Positions 41,076-50,939 of a DNA stretch of 64,000 nt are shown piece after piece. Under the pieces are notes generated by a model that searched no databases, had not been told where the DNA came from, and saw only the letters and a program-made list of their open reading frames with translations. Within the stretch, counting starts at the first letter, position 1. Every line of letters starts with the position of its first letter. Source of the DNA: Staphylococcus phage vB_SscM-1. The position numbers and the translations under genes are program-made. The stretch is from the sequence record NC_047767.1, one strand, 5' to 3'.

Positions 41076-41379
41076 AATATCAGCTAACAGAAAAGACATT
41101 GCAAGAAAAATATCGGAGTCTACAGGTTATTATATGAAAGATATAGAAGAGATACTGGATGCCGAAGCAGAAGCTATAGTGGAATTAATAGAAGAGGGTT
41201 ATACTAAGGTTAAGAGCCATAAACTTATGCAGATAGAAGTAGTAGAGAGAGATAGCAAGAAAGCATGGAATGGACTTAAAAAAGAATACTATACATTACC
41301 TAGTAAAAAGGTATTAAAACTAAAGACTCTTAAGCAACTAGAACAAGCAGAAGAGAACATTAATAGAGTAGATGATTAA
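41059..41379 (+). CDS. HU/IHF-family (SPO1 TF1-like) DNA-binding protein
   Basis: KISANRKDIARKISESTGYYMKDIEEIL…HKLMQIEVVERDSKKAWNGLKKEYYTLPSKKVLKLK matches the HU fold pattern (Gly-Phe-Glu-x-Arg arm equivalent; the beta-arm K/R and P). The start is GTG 41059, or GTG 41068 after AAGGGTGGT. Confidence 0.65.
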   Translation: MVTVDKISANRKDIARKISESTGYYMKDIEEILDAEAEAIVELIEEGYTKVKSHKLMQIEVVERDSKKAWNGLKKEYYTLPSKKVLKLKTLKQLEQAEENINRVDD

Positions 41380-41395
41380 ATTCATCTACTTTTTT
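41367..41395 (+). terminator. intrinsic terminator: 9-bp stem agtagatga/tcatctact followed by a T6 run
   Basis: The stem encloses the stop codon of the HU-like gene. The hairpin is followed by TTTTTT. Confidence 0.7.
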
Positions 41396-41397
41396 AT

Positions 41398-41426
41398 TTG
41401 ACAAAGTATAAATAGTATGATATAAT
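41398..41426 (+). promoter_or_regulatory. sigma-A-type promoter: TTGACA, 17-bp spacer, TGaTATAAT
   Basis: TTGACA at 41398-41403 and TATAAT at 41421-41426. Confidence 0.7.
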
Positions 41427-41454
41427 GTTATTAACATTGAAAGGAGAGAGATGT

Positions 41455-44400
41455 ATGAAAGTATTAGTACTAATGGATTTCATTAGAGAGGAACACTACT
41501 CTGTAAGTAAAGAGGGTAAACCTACATTTAATCTTTTTAATACAACTAATGGTAAAACATTAAAGAGTATTATGGAGAAGACAACAGGACTTAAAAGAAC
41601 AGTACAACAAAAAGATTATGATATTGCATATGTTTATAATCAAATACCTACACCTATCAGAAATGATTATGGTAAGATTATCAAGTATCAGGATGTTAAA
41701 CAATCAGAGGTTAAACCTTTTTATCCTGCACTAACTAAACAGATAGTAGATAAGGGGTATGACATCATAGTACCGACTGGTAAGCTAGGAGTTAAGTTCT
41801 TACTTAATGTATCAAGCATAGGAACTGTTAGAGGGGTTCCAGAAAAGGTTACATTAGAGAATGAAGGTAAGGAGCATTCTGTATGGGTATTACCAACTTA
41901 CAGCATAGAATATACTAATGTGAATAAGAATGCTGAGAGACAGGTATTAGCAGACTTTAAAACACTAGGTAAGTTTGTACAAGAAGGTGAAAAGGTATTT
42001 AAACCTTCTGAGGTTTCTTACGAGCTAGTTACAGACATAGAAAGAGTAAGAGAAATATTTAATAAAGAAATTAAAAATGATAATGAAGACGGGTATGACA
42101 TAACAGCATGGGATTTAGAGACTAACTCTTTACAACCTGATAGAGAAGGTAGTAAACCTTTAGTACTTTCTATGTCCTGGTCTAATGGTCAAGGTGTTAC
42201 AATACCTATCTACAAAGCTGATTTCCAATGGGCTAATGGTCAAGAGGATATCAATGAGATACTTAGCTTACTAAAAGAATGGGTAGCAAGTAATGAAGAT
42301 ATTAAAGTACTGCACAATGCTACGTACGATATTAACTTCTTAATGACTACTTTAGGATTTAAGAACTTTGAAAACAACAGAGATACAAAAGTAGGTTGGT
42401 ATCTAGCAGTAACTCAAGAGCAAGCAGAGTCTTTACGTTTATCAGATTTAGCTTACGAAGTAACAGACCAAGGAGGATATGATAAACCTCTAGAAGAGTA
42501 CAAAGTATGGTTTGTCAATAAGCTATTAAGATTTTTCTCAGATAAAATTAAAGATATTCAGAAAGAAAATAAGAAGGTTGCTAAAAAAGAGTTTGATGTT
42601 AAGGCACCTGAATATAAAGAGTGGTTAGAAAATAAGTTATCAACAACTAGTGTTACTCTAGATGAAACAGATAAGAAGTTCGGAGTAACAGAGCACCAAA
42701 AGAAATTCCAAATTTTAGGATTACTACCTGAGGTAGTTAACTTAAATATGACAATGGATGAAGACTTTAAAGAAGTAGCTAACCAATCACCTGAGTATAT
42801 GAGCTTATCAGATAACGCTAAAAGATATACATTAGATACAGCTATCAGATTAATTAATACTCATGGAAGTAATACAGAAGTAGTAAATGAGGTTGATGGA
42901 AGTAAATTCAACTATGACTGGATTCCATTAGAATTAATGCATCCTTATGCTAGTGGAGATACTGATGTGTGTAGACGTATATACTGTGAAGTAGTAGACA
43001 GATTAAAAGAGCAGAAGAGAGATAAGGCTTTTGACTTATTAAATAGAGACTACCCACGACTTATTAGAACATTAGCTAGAATTCAATCTAACGGATTACA
43101 TTGTGACCTAGATTATATGTACAGTAATGATACGAGCTATGAAATTGAGCTAGAAAATACTGTAAATAAAATGAGGGAGCACTGGTCTGTAAAAGAGTTT
43201 GAAGAATATCAATATGGGTTGTATGAAGCAGGGTTAGAAGAGTTTAGTAAACCTAAGTCTGAGAGAGACCCTGAGATTGAATCATATAGAACTAAGTTTA
43301 AAGATAATAAATGGATGTTCTCACCTGCATCAGGAGTACACAAAGGTAAAGTAGTATATGATATCTTAGGCGTTAACGTACCTTATGGTAAAGAGACTGT
43401 TAAAGATAAACCTTTTAATAATGGAACTAAGGAACAAGACCTAACATGGGAAGACTACAAAACAGATGCTAGTACACTTAAGCAAGCTCTTGCTAATGTA
43501 GAAAGAGAAGAAGATAAAGAGATAATTGAATTACTATTATACTATGCTTCTTTAAATACTAAGAGAAACTCTTTTACTAAGAAATTACCTAATCGAGTAA
43601 ACAAGAATACAAGTAAACTACACGGAGGGTTTAACTCTACAGGTACAGCAAGTGGTCGTTTGAGTAGTAGTAACCCTAACCTTCAACAGCTACCTTCTCA
43701 CACATCAGATGTAAATAAGTTTGACTATAAACACCCTGTTAAACGTTCATTTACATCAAGATTTGATAACGGTGTAATACTACAAGCCGATTACTCAGCC
43801 TTAGAGATGCGTATTACAGCATTATATACAGATGATAGAGAAATGCTAGAGATGTTCTTAACAGGTCAAGATATCCATAAAAATACAGCAAGTATTATGT
43901 ATAATAAAAAAATGGAAGATGTTACAGCAGAAGAAAGACAAGCTAGTAAAGCAGTAGCATTCGGATTAATTTATGGTGAATCTCCATTCTCCTTTGCAGG
44001 TAAGAATGGTATGGCAGTAGAGGAAGCAGAAGAGATATTTGAGAAGTTCTATTCAAATAAACCTGCTATTAAGAGTTCTATTGATAAAACACATGAGTTT
44101 GTACAAAAGCATGGCTATGTAGAAACTATGAATGGTCATAGAAGAAACATCCTTTCAGCTACATCAAATGATAAGAAAATTAAGAATGAGGGCTTAAGAC
44201 AGTCCTTTAATACAATCATTCAAGGTACAGGTGGATACCTTACTAATATGGCTATTACATTCATAGATGACTTTATTGAGAAGTACAACATGAAGTCTAA
44301 ACTAGTTGCAACTGTGCACGATAGTATTGTAGTAGACACACACCCAGATGAAGTATATACTATGGGTAAGGTAGTAGTACATGTAATGGAAAATCTCCCT

Positions 44401-44667
44401 TATGACTTCTTGAAGATTGATATTAATGGTGAGAGAAGACAGTACCCTATTGATGCTGATATGGAAATTGGATTAAACTACAATGACCTTGTAGAATTTA
44501 ATGAAGAAGAAATGAAAACCTTTAATAGCTTTAAGGGGTATATCCAATATAAGATGGCTCTTCAAACTGTTAAGGACTACTTTGAGTCAGATAAGTTAAC
44601 AGAAGAACAAATGAACTATGGTATTAGTAAGATTGAAGAAAAGAAAAATAAATATCAACAAATTTAG
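41455..44667 (+). CDS. family-A (PolA-type) DNA polymerase with a 3'-5' exonuclease domain; uninterrupted
   Basis: Exo I motif ITAWDLETNSL. Pol motif A DYSALEMRI, motif B RQASKAVAFGLIYG, motif C VATVHDSIVVD. ATG at 41455 follows AAAGGAGAGAG. Confidence 0.85.
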   Translation: MKVLVLMDFIREEHYSVSKEGKPTFNLFNTTNGKTLKSIMEKTTGLKRTVQQKDYDIAYVYNQIPTPIRNDYGKIIKYQDVKQSEVKPFYPALTKQIVDKGYDIIVPTGKLGVKFLLNVSSIGTVRGVPEKVTLENEGKEHSVWVLPTYSIEYTNVNKNAERQVLADFKTLGKFVQEGEKVFKPSEVSYELVTDIERVREIFNKEIKNDNEDGYDITAWDLETNSLQPDREGSKPLVLSMSWSNGQGVTIPIYKADFQWANGQEDINEILSLLKEWVASNEDIKVLHNATYDINFLMTTLGFKNFENNRDTKVGWYLAVTQEQAESLRLSDLAYEVTDQGGYDKPLEEYKVWFVNKLLRFFSDKIKDIQKENKKVAKKEFDVKAPEYKEWLENKLSTTSVTLDETDKKFGVTEHQKKFQILGLLPEVVNLNMTMDEDFKEVANQSPEYMSLSDNAKRYTLDTAIRLINTHGSNTEVVNEVDGSKFNYDWIPLELMHPYASGDTDVCRRIYCEVVDRLKEQKRDKAFDLLNRDYPRLIRTLARIQSNGLHCDLDYMYSNDTSYEIELENTVNKMREHWSVKEFEEYQYGLYEAGLEEFSKPKSERDPEIESYRTKFKDNKWMFSPASGVHKGKVVYDILGVNVPYGKETVKDKPFNNGTKEQDLTWEDYKTDASTLKQALANVEREEDKEIIELLLYYASLNTKRNSFTKKLPNRVNKNTSKLHGGFNSTGTASGRLSSSNPNLQQLPSHTSDVNKFDYKHPVKRSFTSRFDNGVILQADYSALEMRITALYTDDREMLEMFLTGQDIHKNTASIMYNKKMEDVTAEERQASKAVAFGLIYGESPFSFAGKNGMAVEEAEEIFEKFYSNKPAIKSSIDKTHEFVQKHGYVETMNGHRRNILSATSNDKKIKNEGLRQSFNTIIQGTGGYLTNMAITFIDDFIEKYNMKSKLVATVHDSIVVDTHPDEVYTMGKVVVHVMENLPYDFLKIDINGERRQYPIDADMEIGLNYNDLVEFNEEEMKTFNSFKGYIQYKMALQTVKDYFESDKLTEEQMNYGISKIEEKKNKYQQI

Positions 44668-44676
44668 GTAAAAGTA

Positions 44677-44705
44677 TTGACAAGTAGTATTTCTTATGTT
44701 ATACT
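44677..44705 (+). promoter_or_regulatory. sigma-A-type promoter: TTGACA, 17-bp spacer, TGtTATACT
   Basis: TTGACA at 44677-44682 and TATACT at 44700-44705. Confidence 0.65.
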
Positions 44706-44735
44706 ACTTGTATACTAATAAAAGGAGGAATTATT

Positions 44736-44882
44736 ATGGGAAGTTGGTTAGATTTTCTTCTAGACGATGATGGTGACGTTGCAGAAACTTTACGTGACCT
44801 ATCGGATGAAGATAGAGAGAATGAGTATAGCAAGTCAGAGGAGTACGGTGACTCGTATATGCCTCCGCAGAGAGGATGGTAA
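44736..44882 (+). CDS. small acidic protein of 48 aa, below the 60-aa cutoff of the ORF track
   Basis: ATG at 44736 lies 7 nt after AAAGGAGGAA. The translation is MGSWLDFLLDDDGDVAETLRDLSDEDRENEYSKSEEYGDSYMPPQRGW. It fills the gap between the promoter and the next gene. Confidence 0.55.
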   Translation: MGSWLDFLLDDDGDVAETLRDLSDEDRENEYSKSEEYGDSYMPPQRGW

Positions 44883-44885
44883 TAC

Positions 44886-45368
44886 ATGGATATACAATTA
44901 GATAGTTTAGACTTCGATAAATTTACCATCAAAGATAAGAATGGTAATAATATTACAATCAGTATAAGAGATGAGTTAGTTATTAATGAAACTAATATTC
45001 AACAGGAGTTTTTAAATCAATCAGGTAAGTATGCTTATTGGGCAAACTTATTAGAGATTATTAGGCACCATTCAGAAACAGAAAACATTAAGTTAGAATC
45101 TTTAGGTTCACAGCTTAATTTACAGGTTAGACAGCAGTACAAAGCAAGCGGTGAGAAGCCTACTAAAGATATGGTAGAGTCAGCAATATACACTGACCCT
45201 AGTTATCAGGCACAATTAAAGGAAGTAAAGAAATGGGAATATAGAACTAAGCAATTCCAATATATTGTTAAGGCATTTGAACAGCGTAGTTTAATGTTAA
45301 CACAATATGGAGCAGACTTAAGAAAGACTAATGCTCATGTAGGAAGTTCCAACCCTTATTCTTATTAA
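44886..45368 (+). CDS. hypothetical protein (160 aa)
   Basis: ATG lies 3 nt after the stop of the small ORF. No motif was recognised. Confidence 0.65.
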   Translation: MDIQLDSLDFDKFTIKDKNGNNITISIRDELVINETNIQQEFLNQSGKYAYWANLLEIIRHHSETENIKLESLGSQLNLQVRQQYKASGEKPTKDMVESAIYTDPSYQAQLKEVKKWEYRTKQFQYIVKAFEQRSLMLTQYGADLRKTNAHVGSSNPYSY

Positions 45369-45385
45369 ACTTAGGAGGACTATTC

Positions 45386-45697
45386 ATGGCTAAAGAAGCA
45401 AAACCTAGAATTCTTGCACAAAAACTTAAAGAGGCAAGACTTAAATACATGAAAGAGCACAACATTGATTTTATTAAAATGCTTGAACTTGAAGAGACTG
45501 AAAAGGTTAAACATGAAGCAGTACTAGTATTATATAATAAAACATTTGACACAAGTAAAGAAATGACCCTGGAGGGTGACTATCATAGTCTTATGATAGG
45601 TTCTGAGCTAATTTTTAAAGGTAGAATGGAAGATAGAATAGAGTCATCTAACTATACTTTAAAAATTAAAGAAGTAAAATTGATTGATAAGAAATAA
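45386..45697 (+). CDS. hypothetical protein (103 aa)
   Basis: RBS TTAGGAGGACTATTCATG. Confidence 0.65.
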   Translation: MAKEAKPRILAQKLKEARLKYMKEHNIDFIKMLELEETEKVKHEAVLVLYNKTFDTSKEMTLEGDYHSLMIGSELIFKGRMEDRIESSNYTLKIKEVKLIDKK

Positions 45698-45725
45698 AAT
45701 ATACGATAATAATTTCAGAATTAAC

Positions 45726-45754
45726 TTGACAAACACAGATGTGTATGTTATAAT
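45726..45754 (+). promoter_or_regulatory. sigma-A-type promoter: TTGACA, 17-bp spacer, TGtTATAAT
   Basis: TTGACA at 45726-45731 and TATAAT at 45749-45754. Confidence 0.7.
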
Positions 45755-45803
45755 ATATAGGTAATAAAAAAATAAAACTAATTACAGAGGAGAGAATTAT
45801 ATT

Positions 45804-46997
45804 ATGTCAGCATTCCAAGATTTTTTAAAACAAGAAAAGAAACAATTAGAAAGTGCAGGATTTAACAATAACGATGGAGGAGAACGTTATACACCTAAGA
45901 ACCCGGTATTAAGATTAGGTAAAGTTAAAGATGCTAATGGTCAAAAAGTAGATAAGAAAGAGGCTTATGTACGTATCTTACCACCTGTAGAGCAAGGTTC
46001 TATGGCATTTGCTAAAGGTTTCCGTACAACAGGTATTAACTACAGTAAGAAAGATGGTTCACAAGGTTTCTCAGGTTTAACATTACCTTTAGAGGAAGGT
46101 TCATCTGTTATCGACCCATTCATTGCAGGTTGGATTAGAGATGGTGTAGCTTTCAGTTTATACCCTAACAAACCGGCTACACGTTACTTTATTCATGTTG
46201 TAGAGTATGTACCTACAGCTAATGGTATTCAACCACGACAAGATGCTCAAGGTAACTTACTAATTCAACCTATGGAAATTACTAAAACAGCTTATGACTC
46301 ATTGATTGGTAAGTTAGAAGACCAATTCTTATCACCATCACCTAATGCAGATTTCCGATTCATTTCAGAAAATGAAGCATTCTTAGTTAAATTCACTAAA
46401 GCTGAAAAAGGTCAAACTTCATGGGGATTAGATGTTTACTCTAATCAAAACTTAGGAGCTTTACCAAACAACTGGAGAGAATTAACTTCTGACTTAGAAG
46501 CATTAGCAAAACCTACAGAAGAACAAAACCCTAACTTTGTTAACTTCTTAATTAACAATGTAAATAACACAGAGTTATCTGTAGACAACTTTAAGTTTAA
46601 CCGTGAGTCTAACGTATTAGGTGCAGAGCCAACACAAGAACCAACTCAAGATAGCATTGAAAGCCAGTTACCTGGTAACTTGGCACCTCAGCAAGGATAT
46701 AACCAATCACAACAAGGTCAAGTAGGGGAATATGCACAACCAGGTGTAAATCAAACACCACCACAGCAACAATCACAACCTTTACCAGGAACACAGCAAC
46801 CTATTGATAATACACAACAAGGGCAAGGTAATCCATTTGAAGGCTTTGACCCTAGTCAAATGAGTGCACCTCAACAACCAGTACAACAACAGCAACCAGC
46901 ACAACCTCAACAGCCAGTGCAACCACAATCTAGTACTTCTAACGGTATGGGAGCAATTGATGATGTGTTAGAAGGATTAGATTTAGATAACTTATAA
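45804..46997 (+). CDS. gp32-like single-stranded DNA-binding protein with a Q/P-rich linker and an acidic C-terminal tail
   Basis: The N-terminal …VLRLGKVKDANGQKVDKKEAYVRILPP… resembles the T4 gp32 N-terminal region. The C-terminal linker is low-complexity QQPVQQQQPAQPQQPVQPQ. The acidic tail is DDVLEGLDLDNL. Confidence 0.65.
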   Translation: MSAFQDFLKQEKKQLESAGFNNNDGGERYTPKNPVLRLGKVKDANGQKVDKKEAYVRILPPVEQGSMAFAKGFRTTGINYSKKDGSQGFSGLTLPLEEGSSVIDPFIAGWIRDGVAFSLYPNKPATRYFIHVVEYVPTANGIQPRQDAQGNLLIQPMEITKTAYDSLIGKLEDQFLSPSPNADFRFISENEAFLVKFTKAEKGQTSWGLDVYSNQNLGALPNNWRELTSDLEALAKPTEEQNPNFVNFLINNVNNTELSVDNFKFNRESNVLGAEPTQEPTQDSIESQLPGNLAPQQGYNQSQQGQVGEYAQPGVNQTPPQQQSQPLPGTQQPIDNTQQGQGNPFEGFDPSQMSAPQQPVQQQQPAQPQQPVQPQSSTSNGMGAIDDVLEGLDLDNL

Positions 46998-47010
46998 GAA
47001 CTAACTTAAT

Positions 47011-47040
47011 AGAGTGCTTTAAGCACTCTATTCTTCTATT
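47011..47040 (+). terminator. moderate intrinsic terminator: stem agagtgc/gcactct
   Basis: 7-bp stem with loop tttaa. The T-tract that follows is interrupted (attcttctatt). Confidence 0.5.
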
Positions 47041-47071
47041 GAATATAATACGAAAGGTGTAATGTAATATT

Positions 47072-48304
47072 ATGGCAAGAGCTAAAAAAGGAAAAGAAAT
47101 AGATACAACAGATTTAAATGTTATTGACTTAGGTAAAGAATTAGGTTTAGGACTAATGACAGATTCAAATAGAGCAAACATTACAAATGTTATTCCTACT
47201 ATGGTACCTCAATATGATAGTATTATGGGTGGAGGATTACCTTTAGGAAGACTTGTAGAGGTTTATGGAATTCCAGGTTCAGGTAAATCTACTTTTGCAG
47301 TTCACTTATCTAAGTTAACTACTGAAATGGGAGTTATCACAGTATGGATTGATGTTGAAGGTACAGCAGATAACAACCGTATGGAACAACTAGGAGTAGA
47401 CGTAAGTAAGCTATTTACTATTCAAGCAGGAGAAGGTAGACTTAAGAAGACTGTAGAGCTTTCTGTAGAGCAAGTAGGTAAAGAGTTAGAGTATTGGATA
47501 GATACATTCAATGAGAAGATGCCAGGGGTACCTATTGTCTTTATTTGGGATTCTCTAGGAGCTACACGAACAGAGAAAGAGATTGAGAATGGTATTGATG
47601 AGAAACAGATGGCTCAAAAGGCAGTAGCCACTCAGAAAGTAGTAAATGCTATTACACCTAAGCTTAATGAAACTAACACAGGGGTTATTATTATTAACCA
47701 AGCAAGAGATGATTTAAAAGCAGGTATGTATGGAGACCCTGTTAAATCAGGTGGGGGTAAAGCCTTTGAACATGCCGCCAGCCTAAGACTTAAGATTGAT
47801 AGAGGGGCAGAAGCAGATTATAAACAAATAGATGAGCTTACTGGAGAGAAAAGTTATAGAGGGCACTTAATGAAAGTAACAACTAAGAAGTCTAAGTTAT
47901 CTCGACCAGGACAAACAGCTAAAACTTTACTAGCTTCTGATTACCAATTAGAGGGCGGATTAAAAATCAATGGTATTGACCCTGAGTTCATGATTTATCA
48001 AGAAGCAGTTAATCTAGGACTTATTACAAAAGGTACATGGAGAAACTATGTAACACTTAACGGAGAAGAAGTTAAGCTATATGATAAAGATTGGGTACCT
48101 CGATTAAAGAATGATAGAGAACTATATCTAGAGATATTCAAACGTGTGTATGTAGAATACTTCCCTAATGGATTTGCACCATTAGACAATACTAAAGTAG
48201 ACGTTACGATGTTAGAGGAGTTTAAGGTATTAAAAGATTTCTACGAGGAATTAGAGAAAGAGGAACCTAAAGGAGAATCCACTGAAAAGGAATCAGATGA
48301 ATGA
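47072..48304 (+). CDS. RecA/UvsX-like recombinase
   Basis: Walker A VEVYGIPGSGKSTFAVHL and Walker B IVFIWDSLGATR. Confidence 0.8.
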   Translation: MARAKKGKEIDTTDLNVIDLGKELGLGLMTDSNRANITNVIPTMVPQYDSIMGGGLPLGRLVEVYGIPGSGKSTFAVHLSKLTTEMGVITVWIDVEGTADNNRMEQLGVDVSKLFTIQAGEGRLKKTVELSVEQVGKELEYWIDTFNEKMPGVPIVFIWDSLGATRTEKEIENGIDEKQMAQKAVATQKVVNAITPKLNETNTGVIIINQARDDLKAGMYGDPVKSGGGKAFEHAASLRLKIDRGAEADYKQIDELTGEKSYRGHLMKVTTKKSKLSRPGQTAKTLLASDYQLEGGLKINGIDPEFMIYQEAVNLGLITKGTWRNYVTLNGEEVKLYDKDWVPRLKNDRELYLEIFKRVYVEYFPNGFAPLDNTKVDVTMLEEFKVLKDFYEELEKEEPKGESTEKESDE

Positions 48305-48654
48305 TAGAAAACAACTTAATTGATGAAAACATAGCAAGAGTTAAAGGTTCTCTTGAAAATACTCATACCTTAGAAGTAGTACCTGAACCCTATAAGAAGA
48401 TAGCAGAGCGTTTTGAGGAAGTAAAAAGAAAAGGAGAGTCTGTAATACTAGAGGAGGGAAGTTTCCCTCACACAGACTCTACAGTTGTTTATATAGAGCA
48501 TATAGCAGATAGATGGGTAGGAGGTTACTCTATTACTCGACACGAAGGGGAAGAGATAAAACTACCTAAAACTATACATTACTCAGATATATACATTCAA
48601 GATAAATCACACAAAGTCAAGATTATATTTGAAGGAGCCAACCCATATGAGTAA
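48301..48654 (+). CDS. hypothetical protein (117 aa)
   Basis: Start overlaps the previous stop (ATGA). Confidence 0.65.
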   Translation: MIENNLIDENIARVKGSLENTHTLEVVPEPYKKIAERFEEVKRKGESVILEEGSFPHTDSTVVYIEHIADRWVGGYSITRHEGEEIKLPKTIHYSDIYIQDKSHKVKIIFEGANPYE

Positions 48655-49306
48655 TACAAACAATGGTAATAGATATGTAGTAGATATGGATGGTATCCCT
48701 TATGAATTTGGAAGAGATATTGATAAACTACTAAATAAATACAAAAATTTACGATGGGCTTTATATCATAAATATGCAGGAATATTAGCCCATGACTTTG
48801 AAAGAGAAGAGCTTAGAGAGTATATAGATGAGCAATTTATTAAATTAGTAAAAGAATATGATATACACAGTAATGTAGACTTCCCAGGATATATCAAAGC
48901 TAAATTAACACTAAGGGTTCAAAACAGCTATATAAAAAAGAATGAGAAGTACAAAAGAAATGAAATGTTAGGTAAAAAAGATTACACTGTAGAATCTTTA
49001 ACAGAAGCTATTAACTCTGACTTTGAAGATAGTGAAATACTAAATTATGTGTTTGATGGTATTGAGTTTACAACTTTACAAAGTGAATTACTTAAAGAAC
49101 TTCTTCTTAATGAAGATAGAGAAGACGATGCACATGTCATTTCTCAAGTAGCCAATAAGCTAGATATTAAGCGTAAAGATGTAGCAAAAGAGCTTACTGA
49201 GTTAAAGGACTATGTTAGGTTTAAATTAAATGCTTACTATGAACATAATAGAAGAGTAGAACTTAATACAGGAAGAGTTTACACAGAGAATAATGTATGG
49301 GAATAA
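48647..49306 (+). CDS. possible phage sigma-like transcription factor
   Basis: ATG at 48647 follows GAAGGAG. The segment ALYHKYAGILAHDFEREELREYIDEQFIKLVKEYD is weakly sigma-70 region-2-like. Its position after recA matches the sigma gene of Twort-like phages. This is a weak call. Confidence 0.45.
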   Translation: MSNTNNGNRYVVDMDGIPYEFGRDIDKLLNKYKNLRWALYHKYAGILAHDFEREELREYIDEQFIKLVKEYDIHSNVDFPGYIKAKLTLRVQNSYIKKNEKYKRNEMLGKKDYTVESLTEAINSDFEDSEILNYVFDGIEFTTLQSELLKELLLNEDREDDAHVISQVANKLDIKRKDVAKELTELKDYVRFKLNAYYEHNRRVELNTGRVYTENNVWE

Positions 49307-49386
49307 ATAACTGAATAAGGAAGACAGAGCCTCTTGTTAGTGTTATATTAATTGTGAAAATATAAATAGCAAGGAGGCTTTTTCCT

Positions 49387-49731
49387 TTGGAAAAAAAATT
49401 TAATCCGGAAGATTTTGAGAAAGCTATTGATACAGTAGAGGTAATGGTTCCTAATGCATCAGATGTAAGAAGAAAATTTAGTGAATTTGTACCTATGATT
49501 GTATCTATATTAGCAATGATAAATATATTGGTAACATCTATGACAGGTAAAGAATTAATTCCTTTTGCAGATGACCAAGTATACCTAGTAGTATCCGGTG
49601 TAGTATCTGTAGGAGCAATTTTATGGACTGCATGGAAGAATACTAATTTCTCTAAAAAAGCAAAACAGCGTGAAGAGATAGCAAACCAAGTAATATCAAA
49701 ACCCAAAGTTAAAGACATTATTAAAAAATAA
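49387..49731 (+). CDS. small membrane protein (TTG start)
   Basis: TTG follows AAGGAGG. The hydrophobic segments are MIVSILAMINILVTSMT and VVSGVVSVGAILWTAW. Confidence 0.6.
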   Translation: MEKKFNPEDFEKAIDTVEVMVPNASDVRRKFSEFVPMIVSILAMINILVTSMTGKELIPFADDQVYLVVSGVVSVGAILWTAWKNTNFSKKAKQREEIANQVISKPKVKDIIKK

Positions 49732-49748
49732 GATTGGAGTAATCAATT

Positions 49749-50387
49749 ATGGCTAAGAAAGATATCAGAGAAGTATTAAAACAAGAAACAGTAACAGTTA
49801 AAGACAAGTATTTACAAGTTAAAACATTTAGAGATGGTTACACACGTACTCACGAAGGGCAATACTCATATAAAGTTGTAGAGCAAGGTACAGACTTATT
49901 CTTATTCCCTGTTCAAACAAACGGTAAAGGTGTTCTTAAAGTAATGAAGAACTCACCTATCGCTTACACAGATGGTGACAACATTCATTTCGTAGTTAAC
50001 ACATTAACAGACCCTTATACACAAGCTTTTATCCGTACAGAAGATATTAAAGGCTTAGATAAAGGTAAACAATTAATTCAAGCATTCTTAGCGTTTGTAG
50101 AAGACCGTTTCCGTTTTGGTGTATACAACGTATTTGTTGCAGAAACTAAAGAAGACGTTATGGGATTAATTGACCCAGAAGCTACAGATGCTGACGAAGT
50201 TAAAGAAGTTAATGAAACAGCTCATGAAGACTTAGTAGCACAGTTCCCAACAGGTAACGCTCGTGAAGATGTTAAAGCTGTAGACTCAGGAGAAGGTCAA
50301 GGAGACACTTCTGAAAACAAACCAGAAGAACCAAAAGACCCTGAAGTTACACCAGGAGAAGAAGATGCAGAAGTAGGTACAGAATAA
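49749..50387 (+). CDS. hypothetical protein with an acidic C-terminal tail (212 aa)
   Basis: RBS TTGGAGTAATCAATTATG. The C-terminal 70 aa are D/E-rich. Confidence 0.65.
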   Translation: MAKKDIREVLKQETVTVKDKYLQVKTFRDGYTRTHEGQYSYKVVEQGTDLFLFPVQTNGKGVLKVMKNSPIAYTDGDNIHFVVNTLTDPYTQAFIRTEDIKGLDKGKQLIQAFLAFVEDRFRFGVYNVFVAETKEDVMGLIDPEATDADEVKEVNETAHEDLVAQFPTGNAREDVKAVDSGEGQGDTSENKPEEPKDPEVTPGEEDAEVGTE

Positions 50388-50403
50388 TATAGGAGGTATT
50401 TAA

Positions 50404-50925
50404 ATGGCAACTAAGTTAAACCTATATAAAGGTAACACAAAAATTAAAAGTGTTGACAAGGCAATAGAAGGTAGAACAACTATACAGATAACAGAACTAA
50501 TCCCTAACACAGAGTATGCTAAAGGGGATTATGCATTAACATATTCTAATGATAGTGGTGAATCTAACAGAGTAGATGTACCTGCATTTAAGACATTACC
50601 TATAGGCGTTCAGACAATAACATTAGATGTAGACACTTTAGAATTAACTGAGGGGGATACACACCAACTAGTAGCTACAGTTAAGCCAGATAATGCTACA
50701 GATAAAACGGTTAAGTTTACAACAGATTCAGAAGCTACTGCTACAGTAGATTCTAATGGTATAATTACAGCTATTAAAGAAGGTACAGCTAATATTAAAG
50801 CCACTTCAACTAGCGGTAATAAAACAGATATCGTTATTGTAACTGTAAAAGCTAAAGAGATAGAACCACCTCAAAATATCGTAGTAGAACCTAGTGATGT
50901 TAACACTATGGTTACAGCTGAATAG
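50404..50925 (+). CDS. bacterial Ig-like (BIG2) domain protein
   Basis: The BIG2-like segment is LTEGDTHQLVATVKPDNATDKTVKFTTDSEATATVDSNGIITAIKEGTANIKATSTSGNKTDIVIVTV. Confidence 0.75.
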   Translation: MATKLNLYKGNTKIKSVDKAIEGRTTIQITELIPNTEYAKGDYALTYSNDSGESNRVDVPAFKTLPIGVQTITLDVDTLELTEGDTHQLVATVKPDNATDKTVKFTTDSEATATVDSNGIITAIKEGTANIKATSTSGNKTDIVIVTVKAKEIEPPQNIVVEPSDVNTMVTAE

Positions 50926-50939
50926 ATAGGAGAATAGAG

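Noticed and set aside
47039-47070. A promoter upstream of recA (TTGAAT … TAATAT)
   Set aside because: The spacer lengths are 20 or 12 bp with poor hexamers. It is more likely read-through, or driven by the upstream promoter at 45726.
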